Source of the DNA: an uncultured Chloroflexia bacterium
GTDB lineage: Bacteria > Chloroflexota > Anaerolineae > CG2-30-64-16
DNA length: 64,000 nt
Assembly: GCA_963837925.1 (NCBI GenBank)
Contig: CAWIPK010000003.1
Span: 1,358,441-1,422,440 of the forward strand
Reading direction: 5' to 3'
This document shows, piece by piece, positions 55,857-64,000 of this stretch. The translations under genes and the position numbers were made by a program. Position 1 is the stretch's first letter; the number at the start of each line of letters is the position of its first letter. Below the pieces are notes generated by a model, which saw only the letters and a program-made list of their open reading frames with translations, did no database searches and was not told the DNA's origin.

Positions 55857-57086
55857 TCAGGCACGTGCTACCACGCGGCGCCAGCGCACCGCGACACCGT
55901 AGACGCCGGCCGCCAACGCGGCCAGGCCGCCGGTTGCCAGGCCCCAACGCGGGCCGGCGGTCTGGCCGATGAAGCCGATCACCGGCCCGCCGATGGTCGT
56001 CGAGCCGAGGAAAGCGATCGCCCACAAGGCCATGACCCGGCCGCGCATCTGCGGATCGCTGTTCAGTTGAAGGGTCGTGTTCCCGGTGGCCGAGAAGACA
56101 ATCGAGCAGACTCCCACCAACACCATGCCACCGACGGCCAGCGGCAGAGTGGGCATCAGGCTGGCCAGCAGGGCCGTCAGGCCGAACAGGAAACACGCGC
56201 CGACGAGAACCCTGAACGAGGTCGTCCTGAAGCTGGCGCTGGCCAGTCCGCCCACAACGGCCCCAAGCCCAAGCGCGGCCGTCAGCGCGGCGTAGCCGGT
56301 CGCATCGCTGCGAAAGGTGAACTGCGCCATCAGGGGCAGGCTGACCTGGAACTCGTACGTCAGGGTACCAATGATGGCCATGATGATGAGCACATCACGC
56401 AGGATCGGGGTGGCAATCACGTATTTGAGGCCGGCGCTGATCTGGCCCTTGGCCCGCGCCAGACGCGGTGGTGGGCGCAGCTCGGACGCGTGCATGGCAA
56501 AGAGCATGATGACGACCGCTGCGTAGGACACTCCGTTCAAGACGTAGCAGATACCGAGGCCCACCGTCACGATCAGGACACCGGCGATGGAAGGCCCGAT
56601 GATGCGCGCCAGGTTGACCAGGCTCGAATAGAGGGTGACGGCGTTCTTCAGGTGATCCTCGCCGACCATCTCGACCACGAATGATTGGCGGGTCGGATTG
56701 TCGACGACGTTGATCAGTCCGAACGCGAGCGCGACGGCGTACACCATCCACAGGCGCACCCAGTCCGTCAGAACGAACACCCCGAGGATCAGGGCGAGGA
56801 TGCCAAAGCCGGATTGGGTCAGATAGAGGAGCTTGCGTTTAGGGAAGCGATCGGCGATCACACCGCCCCAGGGTGCCAGGAGCAAGATCGGCAGATTCTG
56901 CAGCGCTGCCACCAGGCCCAAGGCAGTGCCCGAGTTGGTCAGCCTGAGCACCAGCCAGGCCTGCGCCACCGACTGCATGAACGTGCCCGAGGTCGAGATG
57001 GTCTGGCCGATGAAGTACAGCCGGTAGTTGCGGACTCTCAGCGATGAGAAAGTCCGGTCGCCAAACGAAGTCAGAGTCCGAGCCAC
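55857..57086 (-). CDS. MFS transporter (12 TM)
   Basis: [13 protein letters not shown] (MFS motif A-like) and 12 hydrophobic segments. GTG start with AAGGGGAAGG RBS inferred at residue 36 of ORF 55857..57191. Confidence 0.75.
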   Translation of the reverse strand: MARTLTSFGDRTFSSLRVRNYRLYFIGQTISTSGTFMQSVAQAWLVLRLTNSGTALGLVAALQNLPILLLAPWGGVIADRFPKRKLLYLTQSGFGILALILGVFVLTDWVRLWMVYAVALAFGLINVVDNPTRQSFVVEMVGEDHLKNAVTLYSSLVNLARIIGPSIAGVLIVTVGLGICYVLNGVSYAAVVIMLFAMHASELRPPPRLARAKGQISAGLKYVIATPILRDVLIIMAIIGTLTYEFQVSLPLMAQFTFRSDATGYAALTAALGLGAVVGGLASASFRTTSFRVLVGACFLFGLTALLASLMPTLPLAVGGMVLVGVCSIVFSATGNTTLQLNSDPQMRGRVMALWAIAFLGSTTIGGPVIGFIGQTAGPRWGLATGGLAALAAGVYGVAVRWRRVVARA

Positions 57087-57237
57087 TACGCCTTCCCCTT
57101 TTCCTGGATCGAGGACAGCCCGTATGTTCGCAGCGGGAGAGGGGCGCCACTGCAATGCGGATGTTATACCCGAACCGCCCTTGGTGTACAATTACGCTAT
57201 CGTCCGTGCCATCCATCACCGTTTGCAGGAGCCGCTC

Positions 57238-58812
57238 ATGTCCCGCGACCTGATCCTCGCCATTGATACCGGCACCCAGAGCATTCGGGCGATCGTCCTC
57301 GACCCGAAAGGCAACCTGATCGCCCGGGCGCGCGTGCCGATCGAGGCTTACTTTTCCGAGCGACCAGGCTGGGCCGAGCAGCGCCCGGAATACTACTGGG
57401 AGTCTTTGTTCAAGGCCTGCCAGCAACTGTGGCAACAGCCGGCGGCCGCCTCGCTGCGCTCCCGCCTCGCCGGGGTGGCCCTGACCGCGCAGCGCGCCAC
57501 CGTCGTCAACGTGGATCGGGAAGGCTGCTCGCTGCGCCCCGCCATCCTCTGGTTGGACCAACGGCGCACCTTCGGTCAACCGCCGGTGGGCGGCTTGTGG
57601 GGGCTGGCGTTCCGCTTGAGCGGCGTGACCGACACCGTGGCCTACCTGCAGGCCGAGGCCGAGGCAAACTGGATCCGGGTAAACCAGCCGGACATCTGGG
57701 CTCGGACCTACAAGTATCTCTACCTCTCGGGTTACCTCACCTACCGCCTGTGCGGCCGCTTCGTCGATTCGGTAGGCTGCCAGGTGGGCTACATGCCATT
57801 TGACTACAAGCGGCTGCGCTGGGCGGCGAAGAGCGACTGGAAGTGGCAGGCCGTGCCTATGCCCGATGCCATGTTGGCCGAGCTCGTGCCGCCGGCCGGC
57901 CGGCTGGGCGAGATCACCCCCGAGGCGGCGGACGCGACCGGCATCCCCGTCGGGCTGCCCCTCATCGCAGCCGCGGCTGACAAGGCCTGCGAGGTGATCG
58001 GCGCAGGCTGCCTGGCGCCACACATGGGCTGCCTGAGTTACGGCACGACCGCGACCATCAATACCACCCACCGCAAGTACGTCGAGCCGATCCCCCTCAT
58101 TCCACCCTACCCCGCCGCGGTCCCCGGCGCCTACAGCCTGGAGATCCAGGTGTTCCGCGGCTACTGGATGGTAAGCTGGTTCAAGGAGCAGTTCGGCTTT
58201 CCGGAGCAGACCCTGGCCGCCGACCTGGGGGTGGAGGCGGAGGATCTGTTCGAGAAGCTGGTGGAGCAGGTGCCGCCCGGCTCGATGGGATTGATGCTCC
58301 AGCCCTATTGGACGCCGGGATTGCGCTCGCCTGGGCCTGAGGCCAAGGGCGCGATCATCGGCTTTGGCGACGTTCACACGCGCGCCCATCTCTACCGCGC
58401 GATCCTCGAGGGGTTGGCCTACGCCTTGCGCGAGGGCAAGGACCGCATCGAGCAGCGCAGTCATGTGGCCGTGACGGAGCTGCGGGTGTCCGGCGGAGGC
58501 TCACAGAGCGATGCAGCCATGCAGCTGACGGCCGACATCTTCGGTCTGCCGACCGCACGCCCGCATCTCTATGAAACCTCCGCGCTTGGGGCAGCCATCG
58601 ACGCGGCGGTGGGGCTGGGGCTGCACCCGGACTTTGACACGGCCGTGCGCGAGATGACGCGCGTGGGGACGGTCTTTGAGCCGGACAGCGAACGGCACAG
58701 GATCTACGATGGGCTGTATCAGCGCGTGTACAAACAGATGTACCGTCGCCTCAAACCGCTCTACGAGCAGATTCGTGAGATTACCGGCTATCCGGGGCGG
58801 GTGGGAAGGTGA
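57238..58812 (+). CDS. FGGY-family carbohydrate kinase (xylulokinase/gluconokinase-like)
   Basis: [14 protein letters not shown] (FGGY N-terminal ATPase motif), GGGSQSD and 524 aa. ATG at M71 of ORF 57028 with AGGAG RBS. Confidence 0.8.
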   Translation: MSRDLILAIDTGTQSIRAIVLDPKGNLIARARVPIEAYFSERPGWAEQRPEYYWESLFKACQQLWQQPAAASLRSRLAGVALTAQRATVVNVDREGCSLRPAILWLDQRRTFGQPPVGGLWGLAFRLSGVTDTVAYLQAEAEANWIRVNQPDIWARTYKYLYLSGYLTYRLCGRFVDSVGCQVGYMPFDYKRLRWAAKSDWKWQAVPMPDAMLAELVPPAGRLGEITPEAADATGIPVGLPLIAAAADKACEVIGAGCLAPHMGCLSYGTTATINTTHRKYVEPIPLIPPYPAAVPGAYSLEIQVFRGYWMVSWFKEQFGFPEQTLAADLGVEAEDLFEKLVEQVPPGSMGLMLQPYWTPGLRSPGPEAKGAIIGFGDVHTRAHLYRAILEGLAYALREGKDRIEQRSHVAVTELRVSGGGSQSDAAMQLTADIFGLPTARPHLYETSALGAAIDAAVGLGLHPDFDTAVREMTRVGTVFEPDSERHRIYDGLYQRVYKQMYRRLKPLYEQIREITGYPGRVGR

Positions 58813-59147
58813 CTTGGAGCGCGGCCCAGAGCGCTCGCACGCTTAGCCTGTCTGATGCAGGCCCTGATTCCGCAGACTGCCAGCGCGCGCCGTCGCCATC
58901 AGCTCGCCCTGGACGAGGTCATTCGCCGGCGCCTCATGGGCACACGCCCCCCTGCCCTCCTTCGCCCTAGCCACCTGGCCGGTTCTCCTGACCGGCCAGT
59001 AGACGGACAGCAAGACTCTTCCCTTGTAGGGCCCCTGGATACGCCACCTGCCGGATGTGCACCGGCCGACGCCCGTCTATGCTTGCGCTGCCCGAAAGCG
59101 ACCGCGGGCCTGGCTCTTCACGGTCCCTTACAATCAGGAGGTTCATC

Positions 59148-60008
59148 ATGCAAAAGTCGCTCTGGCGCCGGATGGGCGCCGCCTTTGCTGGCCTGGTAAT
59201 GCTCGGTGTCCTTTTGGTCCCGACCGCGGCTGCGGCCGGCAACGCCGGTTTCCGCGATGCCTCGCCGGCCACAGCCGAGACCGTCCATATCGTACGTCTC
59301 GGCGAAACGCTCTCCCAGATCGCCCGCAGCTACGGCGTGAACATTTACGTCCTGGCCAAGGTCAACGGCATCGGCAACTTAAACAACATTTATGCCGGAC
59401 AGCGCCTCGTGATCCCGCGCAGCGAAGACGGCCAGGCACCGGTCTACACCGTACGCTACGGCGACACGCTGGCCAACATCGCCTATCGCTACCACACTAG
59501 CGTGGGCGCCCTGCTCAGCCTGAACCATCTGACCGGCGACAAAATCTATGCCGGCCAGGTACTGAGGATCAGCGGAAGTAGGCCCGGCGAGCCGCCCCAG
59601 CCTCCTGCACTACCCGTGGCGCCCGTATCCGGCGACTGGGTGGGCCAGTACTACGAGAGCACCGACCTGAGCGGACGCCTGGCGCTGGAGAGGCGCGAGC
59701 CAGCCATCGACTTCGACTGGGGCCTGAGCAGCCCGGCGCGCCAGATCATGCGGCCCGATCGCTTCTCGGCCCGCTGGACGCGCACTTATCGCTTCGCCGA
59801 GGGCACCTACCGCATCGAGGCGCAAGCCGACGACGGCGTAAGGGTCTACCTGGACGGCAGCCTGATCGTCGACGCCTGGAGGGTTCAAGCCCTGACCACG
59901 CACAGCGCAGACTTTCACGTCCTGTCCGGGGAACATACGCTGACCGTCGAGTACTTCGAGGCCGAAGGCACGGCGGAGATCCATTTCATGCTGGACAAGT
60001 TGGGCTAG
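59148..60008 (+). CDS. Secreted LysM-LysM-PA14 domain protein
   Basis: Signal peptide; two LysM repeats (HIVRLGETLSQIARSYG, YTVRYGDTLANIAYRY); a C-terminal PA14-like segment RFSARWTRTYRFAEGTYRIEAQADDGVRVYLDGSLIVDAW. AGGAGG RBS. Confidence 0.7.
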   Translation: MQKSLWRRMGAAFAGLVMLGVLLVPTAAAAGNAGFRDASPATAETVHIVRLGETLSQIARSYGVNIYVLAKVNGIGNLNNIYAGQRLVIPRSEDGQAPVYTVRYGDTLANIAYRYHTSVGALLSLNHLTGDKIYAGQVLRISGSRPGEPPQPPALPVAPVSGDWVGQYYESTDLSGRLALERREPAIDFDWGLSSPARQIMRPDRFSARWTRTYRFAEGTYRIEAQADDGVRVYLDGSLIVDAWRVQALTTHSADFHVLSGEHTLTVEYFEAEGTAEIHFMLDKLG

Positions 60009-60339
60009 CGGGTCACAAGTCACCTTGTGCAGGCATTCGGCGAGGGCCGGATGCCTGCTCTTTTAGTTTGCCCGCGCGATCCCCGGCCAAAACCACCGAG
60101 CTTCCGCCCCCTACCGAAGCGCGAGCGCCCCCCACGGGCCAGCCGTCAGGCACTGATCTGCCAGAACTACCCCGCCTTGTCGCGCGCGCTCAACTGTGAT
60201 ATCCTGCTCGTCAAGCGGGAACCAAGCCCGTCCGCCCTTCGTCTTGAATGCTAAGGGCGATGTTTCGTTCGCCCCATTTATTGACTGCCCCATGGCTCCC
60301 GGCTTGCGCCGGGCAGCCCCGCCAAGAAGGAGAGACGCG

Positions 60340-63300
60340 ATGCGGCGCTACCGGTTCCTGCTTTCGATCATTGTACTGTCTCTGGTGTTGTCGAGCTGCG
60401 GAACGCAGCCGTCGTCGAGTTCCGCCGCCGCCATCGGCGGTCCGGTCTCTAGCAGTTACGTGGAGCAAGGCATGCCGTTCGCCATCGGCGGCCCCGGAGG
60501 GGGCGAGGTCCAGGGCCTGCACATGCGTCTGAGCGAAGGCTCCGAGGCCGCGAGCGCCGGGCCGTCCGCCCCGGTCGCGAGCGGGCAGCCCCTGTCCGAG
60601 GCCGAGACTCAAGCGGTACTGAGCCGCCTGCCCGCCCTACCCGCCGCCGGCGGCGACCAGACGGCCTTCAATTTCCCCAAGAGCTCCCTGCCGCTGCCAC
60701 GTCCCGGGCAGACCATCCAGGCGACTTTCCCGCCGACCGGCACTGCCGAAGCGGTCACGGCGACCGTATCCGGCCCGCTGGAAGTGCTGCGCTTCTCGCC
60801 CGAGGGTGACGTTCCGCTGGCGCCGAACCTGAGCCTGACCTTCTCACAGCCGATGGTCGCGCTGACTTCGCACGAGGAGCTGTCGGCCGGGACCGTGCCG
60901 GTCAAGCTCAGCCCGGAGCCACCCGGCGCCTGGCGCTGGGTGGGCACCAGGACCCTGTTGTTCGAGGCCGGCAGCCCCAAGGGCGGGCCGCAGGGCGTTG
61001 GCGGCGCGCGCCTGCCGATGGCCACCTTCTACACCGTCACCGTCCCGGCCGGCACGGCTTCGGCGAACGGAGGCAAACTCGATCAGCCGCTCAGCTTCAC
61101 CTTCAACACTCCGCCGCCCAAGATCGAAACCTCGTTCCCCAACGGCGGGCCGGAGCGTGTCGATCCGCTGCTCTTCGTAGCCTTCGACCAGCGAATCGAT
61201 CCTGGCGCGGTTCTGGCGACCATCAGGATCGACGCCGGGGGCGGCGCGTATTCCCTGCGGCTGGCGACGGCCGGCGAGGTAAAGGCTAACCCGCAGGTAC
61301 AGCGCCTGGCCGATGCGGCCGGGGACGGCCGGTGGCTGGCGTTCAGAGCCGAGGAACCATTCCCGAGCGACCAGAACGTCATCGTCAGCGTGGGGCCCGG
61401 CACCCCATCGGCCGAGGGCCCGCGCAAGACCACCACCACGCAGAGCTTCAATTTCCGCACCTACGGCCCTTTGCGTATCGTCCAGAGCCAGTGCGGTTAT
61501 GACAACAACTGTCCTCCCTTCTCGCCCTGGATCATCCGTTTCAGCAACCCGCTGGACGCGGCCGCCTTCGACGAGACAATGCTTTCCATCAACCCGGCCC
61601 TGGCCGCGGCCAACATCAACCTCTACGGCGACACGATCCAGATCCAGGGCGCCAGCGAGGGGCGCACGACCTACAGCGTGACGGTGCGCGGCACCCTGAA
61701 GGACCTGTTCGGCCAGACGCTCGGCCAGGATCAGACGGTCGCCTTCAAAGTGGGCTCGGCCCAGCAGACGATTTACGCGCCCGGCAGCGGTTTCGTGGTG
61801 CTGGACCCCGGCGCTAGCAAGCCCTCCTACTCCGTGTTCACGATCAACTACGACCAGCTGGCAGTGCAGGTCTATTCCGTCAAGCCGGAAGACTGGCCGG
61901 CTTACCAGAACTGGCAGCAGATCTATTACCAGTCCCAGACACCGCCCACGCCACCTGGCCAGCGCGTGCTGGATAGGACGATCAACACCGGAGGCCAACC
62001 CGACCAACTGACCGAAACAGACATCGATCTGAGCGCGCTGCTGAGGGGTGGGCTGGGGCAACTGGTGCTGGTGGTCGTGCCGGGACCACAGCGCGACCGC
62101 AACCAGCGGCCCGTCGTGCAGGCCTGGGTCGAGGGCACGCACATCGGGCTGGACGCGGCGGTGGATAATGACCGGATGCTGGCCTGGGCCAATGCCTTGA
62201 GCGACGGCGCCCCGCTGCCCGGCGTCCAACTGAGCCTGTCGAACAGTCAAGTGGCCGCGACGACCGGCGCGGACGGGACCGCCAGCCTGTCTCTGCCCGA
62301 TGCGAGCGGTGCCCAGTTACTGATCGCGCGCCTCGGCGACGACACGGCGTTCCTGCCGCAGAATCCGTATTGGGGTGGGGGCGAGGGCTGGAAGCGACGC
62401 CCGAGCGTCGACAGCCTGCGCTGGATGATCTTCGACGACCGGGGCATGTACCGGCCCGGCGAAGAAGTGCACGTCAAGGGCTGGCTGCGCCGGGTGGGCG
62501 CCGGACCGGCTGGCGACGTCATGCCGCTGCCAGCCGAAGTCAAGCAGGTTTCCTGGGAGCTGAGGGATCCCCAGGGGAACCAGGTGGCCAAGGGCACGAT
62601 GCCGGTCACGGCGCTGGGGGGCTTCGACACCGCCATCGCGCTGCCCGACAACATGAACCTGGGCCAGGCGCAGATGATACTGACCGCCGAGGGCGCAGGT
62701 AACCTGGACGGCAGCCAGTGGGGGCACCAGTTCCAGGTGCAAGAGTTCCGGCGGCCCGAGTTCGAGGTATCGGCCGGCGCCAGCGACGGCCCGCACTACG
62801 TGGGCGACCACGCGGTGACCACCGTCACTGCCCGCTACTACGCCGGCGGCGCCCTGCCCAACGCAGACGTCACCTGGACCGTGAGCTCCTCGCCGACGAC
62901 CTACAGCCCTCCCGGCTGGGATGGTTTCACCTTCGGCACCTGGACCCCCTGGTGGGCGATGCCGATGGCCAGTTACGGCAAGCCTGCCTTTTACGGCGGG
63001 CCGTTCCGCCAGCCTTCTGTCTCGCAAACCTTCGCCGGCCACACCGACGCTTCGGGCAACCACCAGCTGAGGATCGACTTCGACTCGACCGACAAGCCTG
63101 AGCCGTCCAGCGTCGTGGCCCAGGCGACGGTGATGGACGTCAACCGGCAGGCGTGGAGCGCCGAGGTGGATCTGCTCGTGCATCCGGCCGCGCTGTACGT
63201 GGGCCTGCGCAGCGAGCGCATGTTCGTCGACCGCGGACAACCGCTGCGCGTCGACGCGATCGTGGTGGACGTGGACGGGCAAATATCGGCCGGACGGCCG

Positions 63301-64000
63301 ATCAGCATGACCGCCGCCCGCCTCGAGTACAAGTACCGGCCGGTAGCAGGCGGCGGCAGCCAGTACGTGCAGGTCGAGACCGACCCGCAGCAGTGCACGC
63401 TCCAGTCGGCCGCCGAGCCCGTCACCTGCACCTTTGAAACCCCGGTGGGTGGGGAGTACCGTATCACGGCCAGCGTGATCGACGATCAGGGACGCCGCAA
63501 CCAGAGCCAATTCACGCGCTGGGTCAGCGGAGGCAACCAGCCGCCGGCGCGCGATGTGCAGCAAGAGCAGGTCACGCTGATCCCCGACAAGAAGGACTAC
63601 CAGGCCGGCGACACGGCGGAGATCCTGGTGCAGTCGCCGTTCGCCCCGGCCGAAGGCCTCATGACGCTGCGCCGGTCTGGCCTTGTGACCAGCCAGCGCT
63701 TCAGCATGACCACGCAATCCTATACTCTCAAAGTGCCCATCGTGGACGCCTACGTGCCCAACGTGCAGGTGCAGGTCGACCTGGTGGGCGCGGCCCCGCG
63801 CCTGGATGACGCCGGGAATATCGACGCCGCGCTGCCGAAGCGGCCGGCCTTCGCCAGCGGTGCGCTGGACCTATCCGTGCCGCCCCTGGCGCGGACGCTC
63901 AAGGTCGCGGTGACGCCGCGCGCCAAGGCCCTCGATCCGGGCGGCCAGACTACGCTCGATATCGCGTTGAAGGCCGCGAGCGGGCAGCCGGTCAAGGGCG
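60340..64000 (+). CDS. Alpha-2-macroglobulin-family (MG-domain) lipoprotein, 3'-truncated by window end (>1220 aa)
   Basis: Not in the ORF track because it never reaches a stop. ATG at 60340 with AAGGAG RBS and lipobox LVLSSC. Frame 1 was translated by hand and is open to 64000, with repeated beta-rich MG-like segments. Long antisense ORFs lie opposite. Confidence 0.6.
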   Translation, partial: MRRYRFLLSIIVLSLVLSSCGTQPSSSSAAAIGGPVSSSYVEQGMPFAIGGPGGGEVQGLHMRLSEGSEAASAGPSAPVASGQPLSEAETQAVLSRLPALPAAGGDQTAFNFPKSSLPLPRPGQTIQATFPPTGTAEAVTATVSGPLEVLRFSPEGDVPLAPNLSLTFSQPMVALTSHEELSAGTVPVKLSPEPPGAWRWVGTRTLLFEAGSPKGGPQGVGGARLPMATFYTVTVPAGTASANGGKLDQPLSFTFNTPPPKIETSFPNGGPERVDPLLFVAFDQRIDPGAVLATIRIDAGGGAYSLRLATAGEVKANPQVQRLADAAGDGRWLAFRAEEPFPSDQNVIVSVGPGTPSAEGPRKTTTTQSFNFRTYGPLRIVQSQCGYDNNCPPFSPWIIRFSNPLDAAAFDETMLSINPALAAANINLYGDTIQIQGASEGRTTYSVTVRGTLKDLFGQTLGQDQTVAFKVGSAQQTIYAPGSGFVVLDPGASKPSYSVFTINYDQLAVQVYSVKPEDWPAYQNWQQIYYQSQTPPTPPGQRVLDRTINTGGQPDQLTETDIDLSALLRGGLGQLVLVVVPGPQRDRNQRPVVQAWVEGTHIGLDAAVDNDRMLAWANALSDGAPLPGVQLSLSNSQVAATTGADGTASLSLPDASGAQLLIARLGDDTAFLPQNPYWGGGEGWKRRPSVDSLRWMIFDDRGMYRPGEEVHVKGWLRRVGAGPAGDVMPLPAEVKQVSWELRDPQGNQVAKGTMPVTALGGFDTAIALPDNMNLGQAQMILTAEGAGNLDGSQWGHQFQVQEFRRPEFEVSAGASDGPHYVGDHAVTTVTARYYAGGALPNADVTWTVSSSPTTYSPPGWDGFTFGTWTPWWAMPMASYGKPAFYGGPFRQPSVSQTFAGHTDASGNHQLRIDFDSTDKPEPSSVVAQATVMDVNRQAWSAEVDLLVHPAALYVGLRSERMFVDRGQPLRVDAIVVDVDGQISAGRPISMTAARLEYKYRPVAGGGSQYVQVETDPQQCTLQSAAEPVTCTFETPVGGEYRITASVIDDQGRRNQSQFTRWVSGGNQPPARDVQQEQVTLIPDKKDYQAGDTAEILVQSPFAPAEGLMTLRRSGLVTSQRFSMTTQSYTLKVPIVDAYVPNVQVQVDLVGAAPRLDDAGNIDAALPKRPAFASGALDLSVPPLARTLKVAVTPRAKALDPGGQTTLDIALKAASGQPVKG

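Overview
This is a high-GC (about 68%) bacterial chromosomal window with no rRNA, no CRISPR array and no recognisable transposase or integrase. tRNA and small-RNA genes could not be searched reliably by eye in the intergenic regions, so none is claimed rather than excluded. Codon usage, lipoprotein solute-binding proteins with long Ala/Pro-rich linkers, a leaderless start and U-tract-less hairpin terminators suggest a Chloroflexota-, Deinococcota- or Actinomycetota-like organism. This is an inference; no taxonomy can be proven from sequence alone.

The window is dominated by glycan foraging and transport genes. It carries three complete sugar ABC importers. It also encodes a GH13 debranching enzyme (GlgX), a GH38 alpha-mannosidase split across two frames, a GH29 alpha-L-fucosidase, and secreted SGNH esterases. 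Downstream of the last importer lie an FGGY sugar kinase, a LysM-LysM-PA14 protein and a large alpha-2-macroglobulin lipoprotein that runs off the window end.

Housekeeping, stress and efflux genes fill the rest. These include amidase, Fpg/Nei, a PLP-dependent D-cysteine desulfhydrase/ACC-deaminase family enzyme, a PrmA-like methyltransferase, HNH nuclease, M48 protease, universal stress protein, cupredoxin, a split ChrA pair, an aminoglycoside phosphotransferase-like kinase, two MFS transporters and an ABC-2 exporter.

The most interesting candidate is a tight minus-strand operon at 27724..30454. It encodes a GDP-mannose 3,5-epimerase-like enzyme, a GHMP sugar kinase and a tandem cytidylyltransferase-domain protein. 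It sits directly downstream of a LacI regulator and the GH29 fucosidase, and divergent from a CUT2 sugar ABC importer. This looks like a nucleotide-sugar salvage or catabolic route for L-fucose or L-galactose that I do not recognise as a described pathway.

Other notable items are a translationally coupled Cys-rich zinc-ribbon plus 2x[4Fe-4S] ferredoxin pair, and tandem DUF2171 paralogs followed by a membrane protein. An Hsp70 nucleotide-binding domain is joined to repeat-rich non-Hsp70 C-terminal sequence. The window also holds several gene relics: an AKR with an internal deletion, an AT3-SGNH acyltransferase with an amber codon inside its VEEQFY motif, a C39-like peptidase remnant, a frameshifted GH38 and an adhesin-domain fragment.

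Coordinates of CDS come from the supplied ORF track plus codon arithmetic. Coordinates of promoters and hairpins were read by eye and may be off by 1-3 nt.
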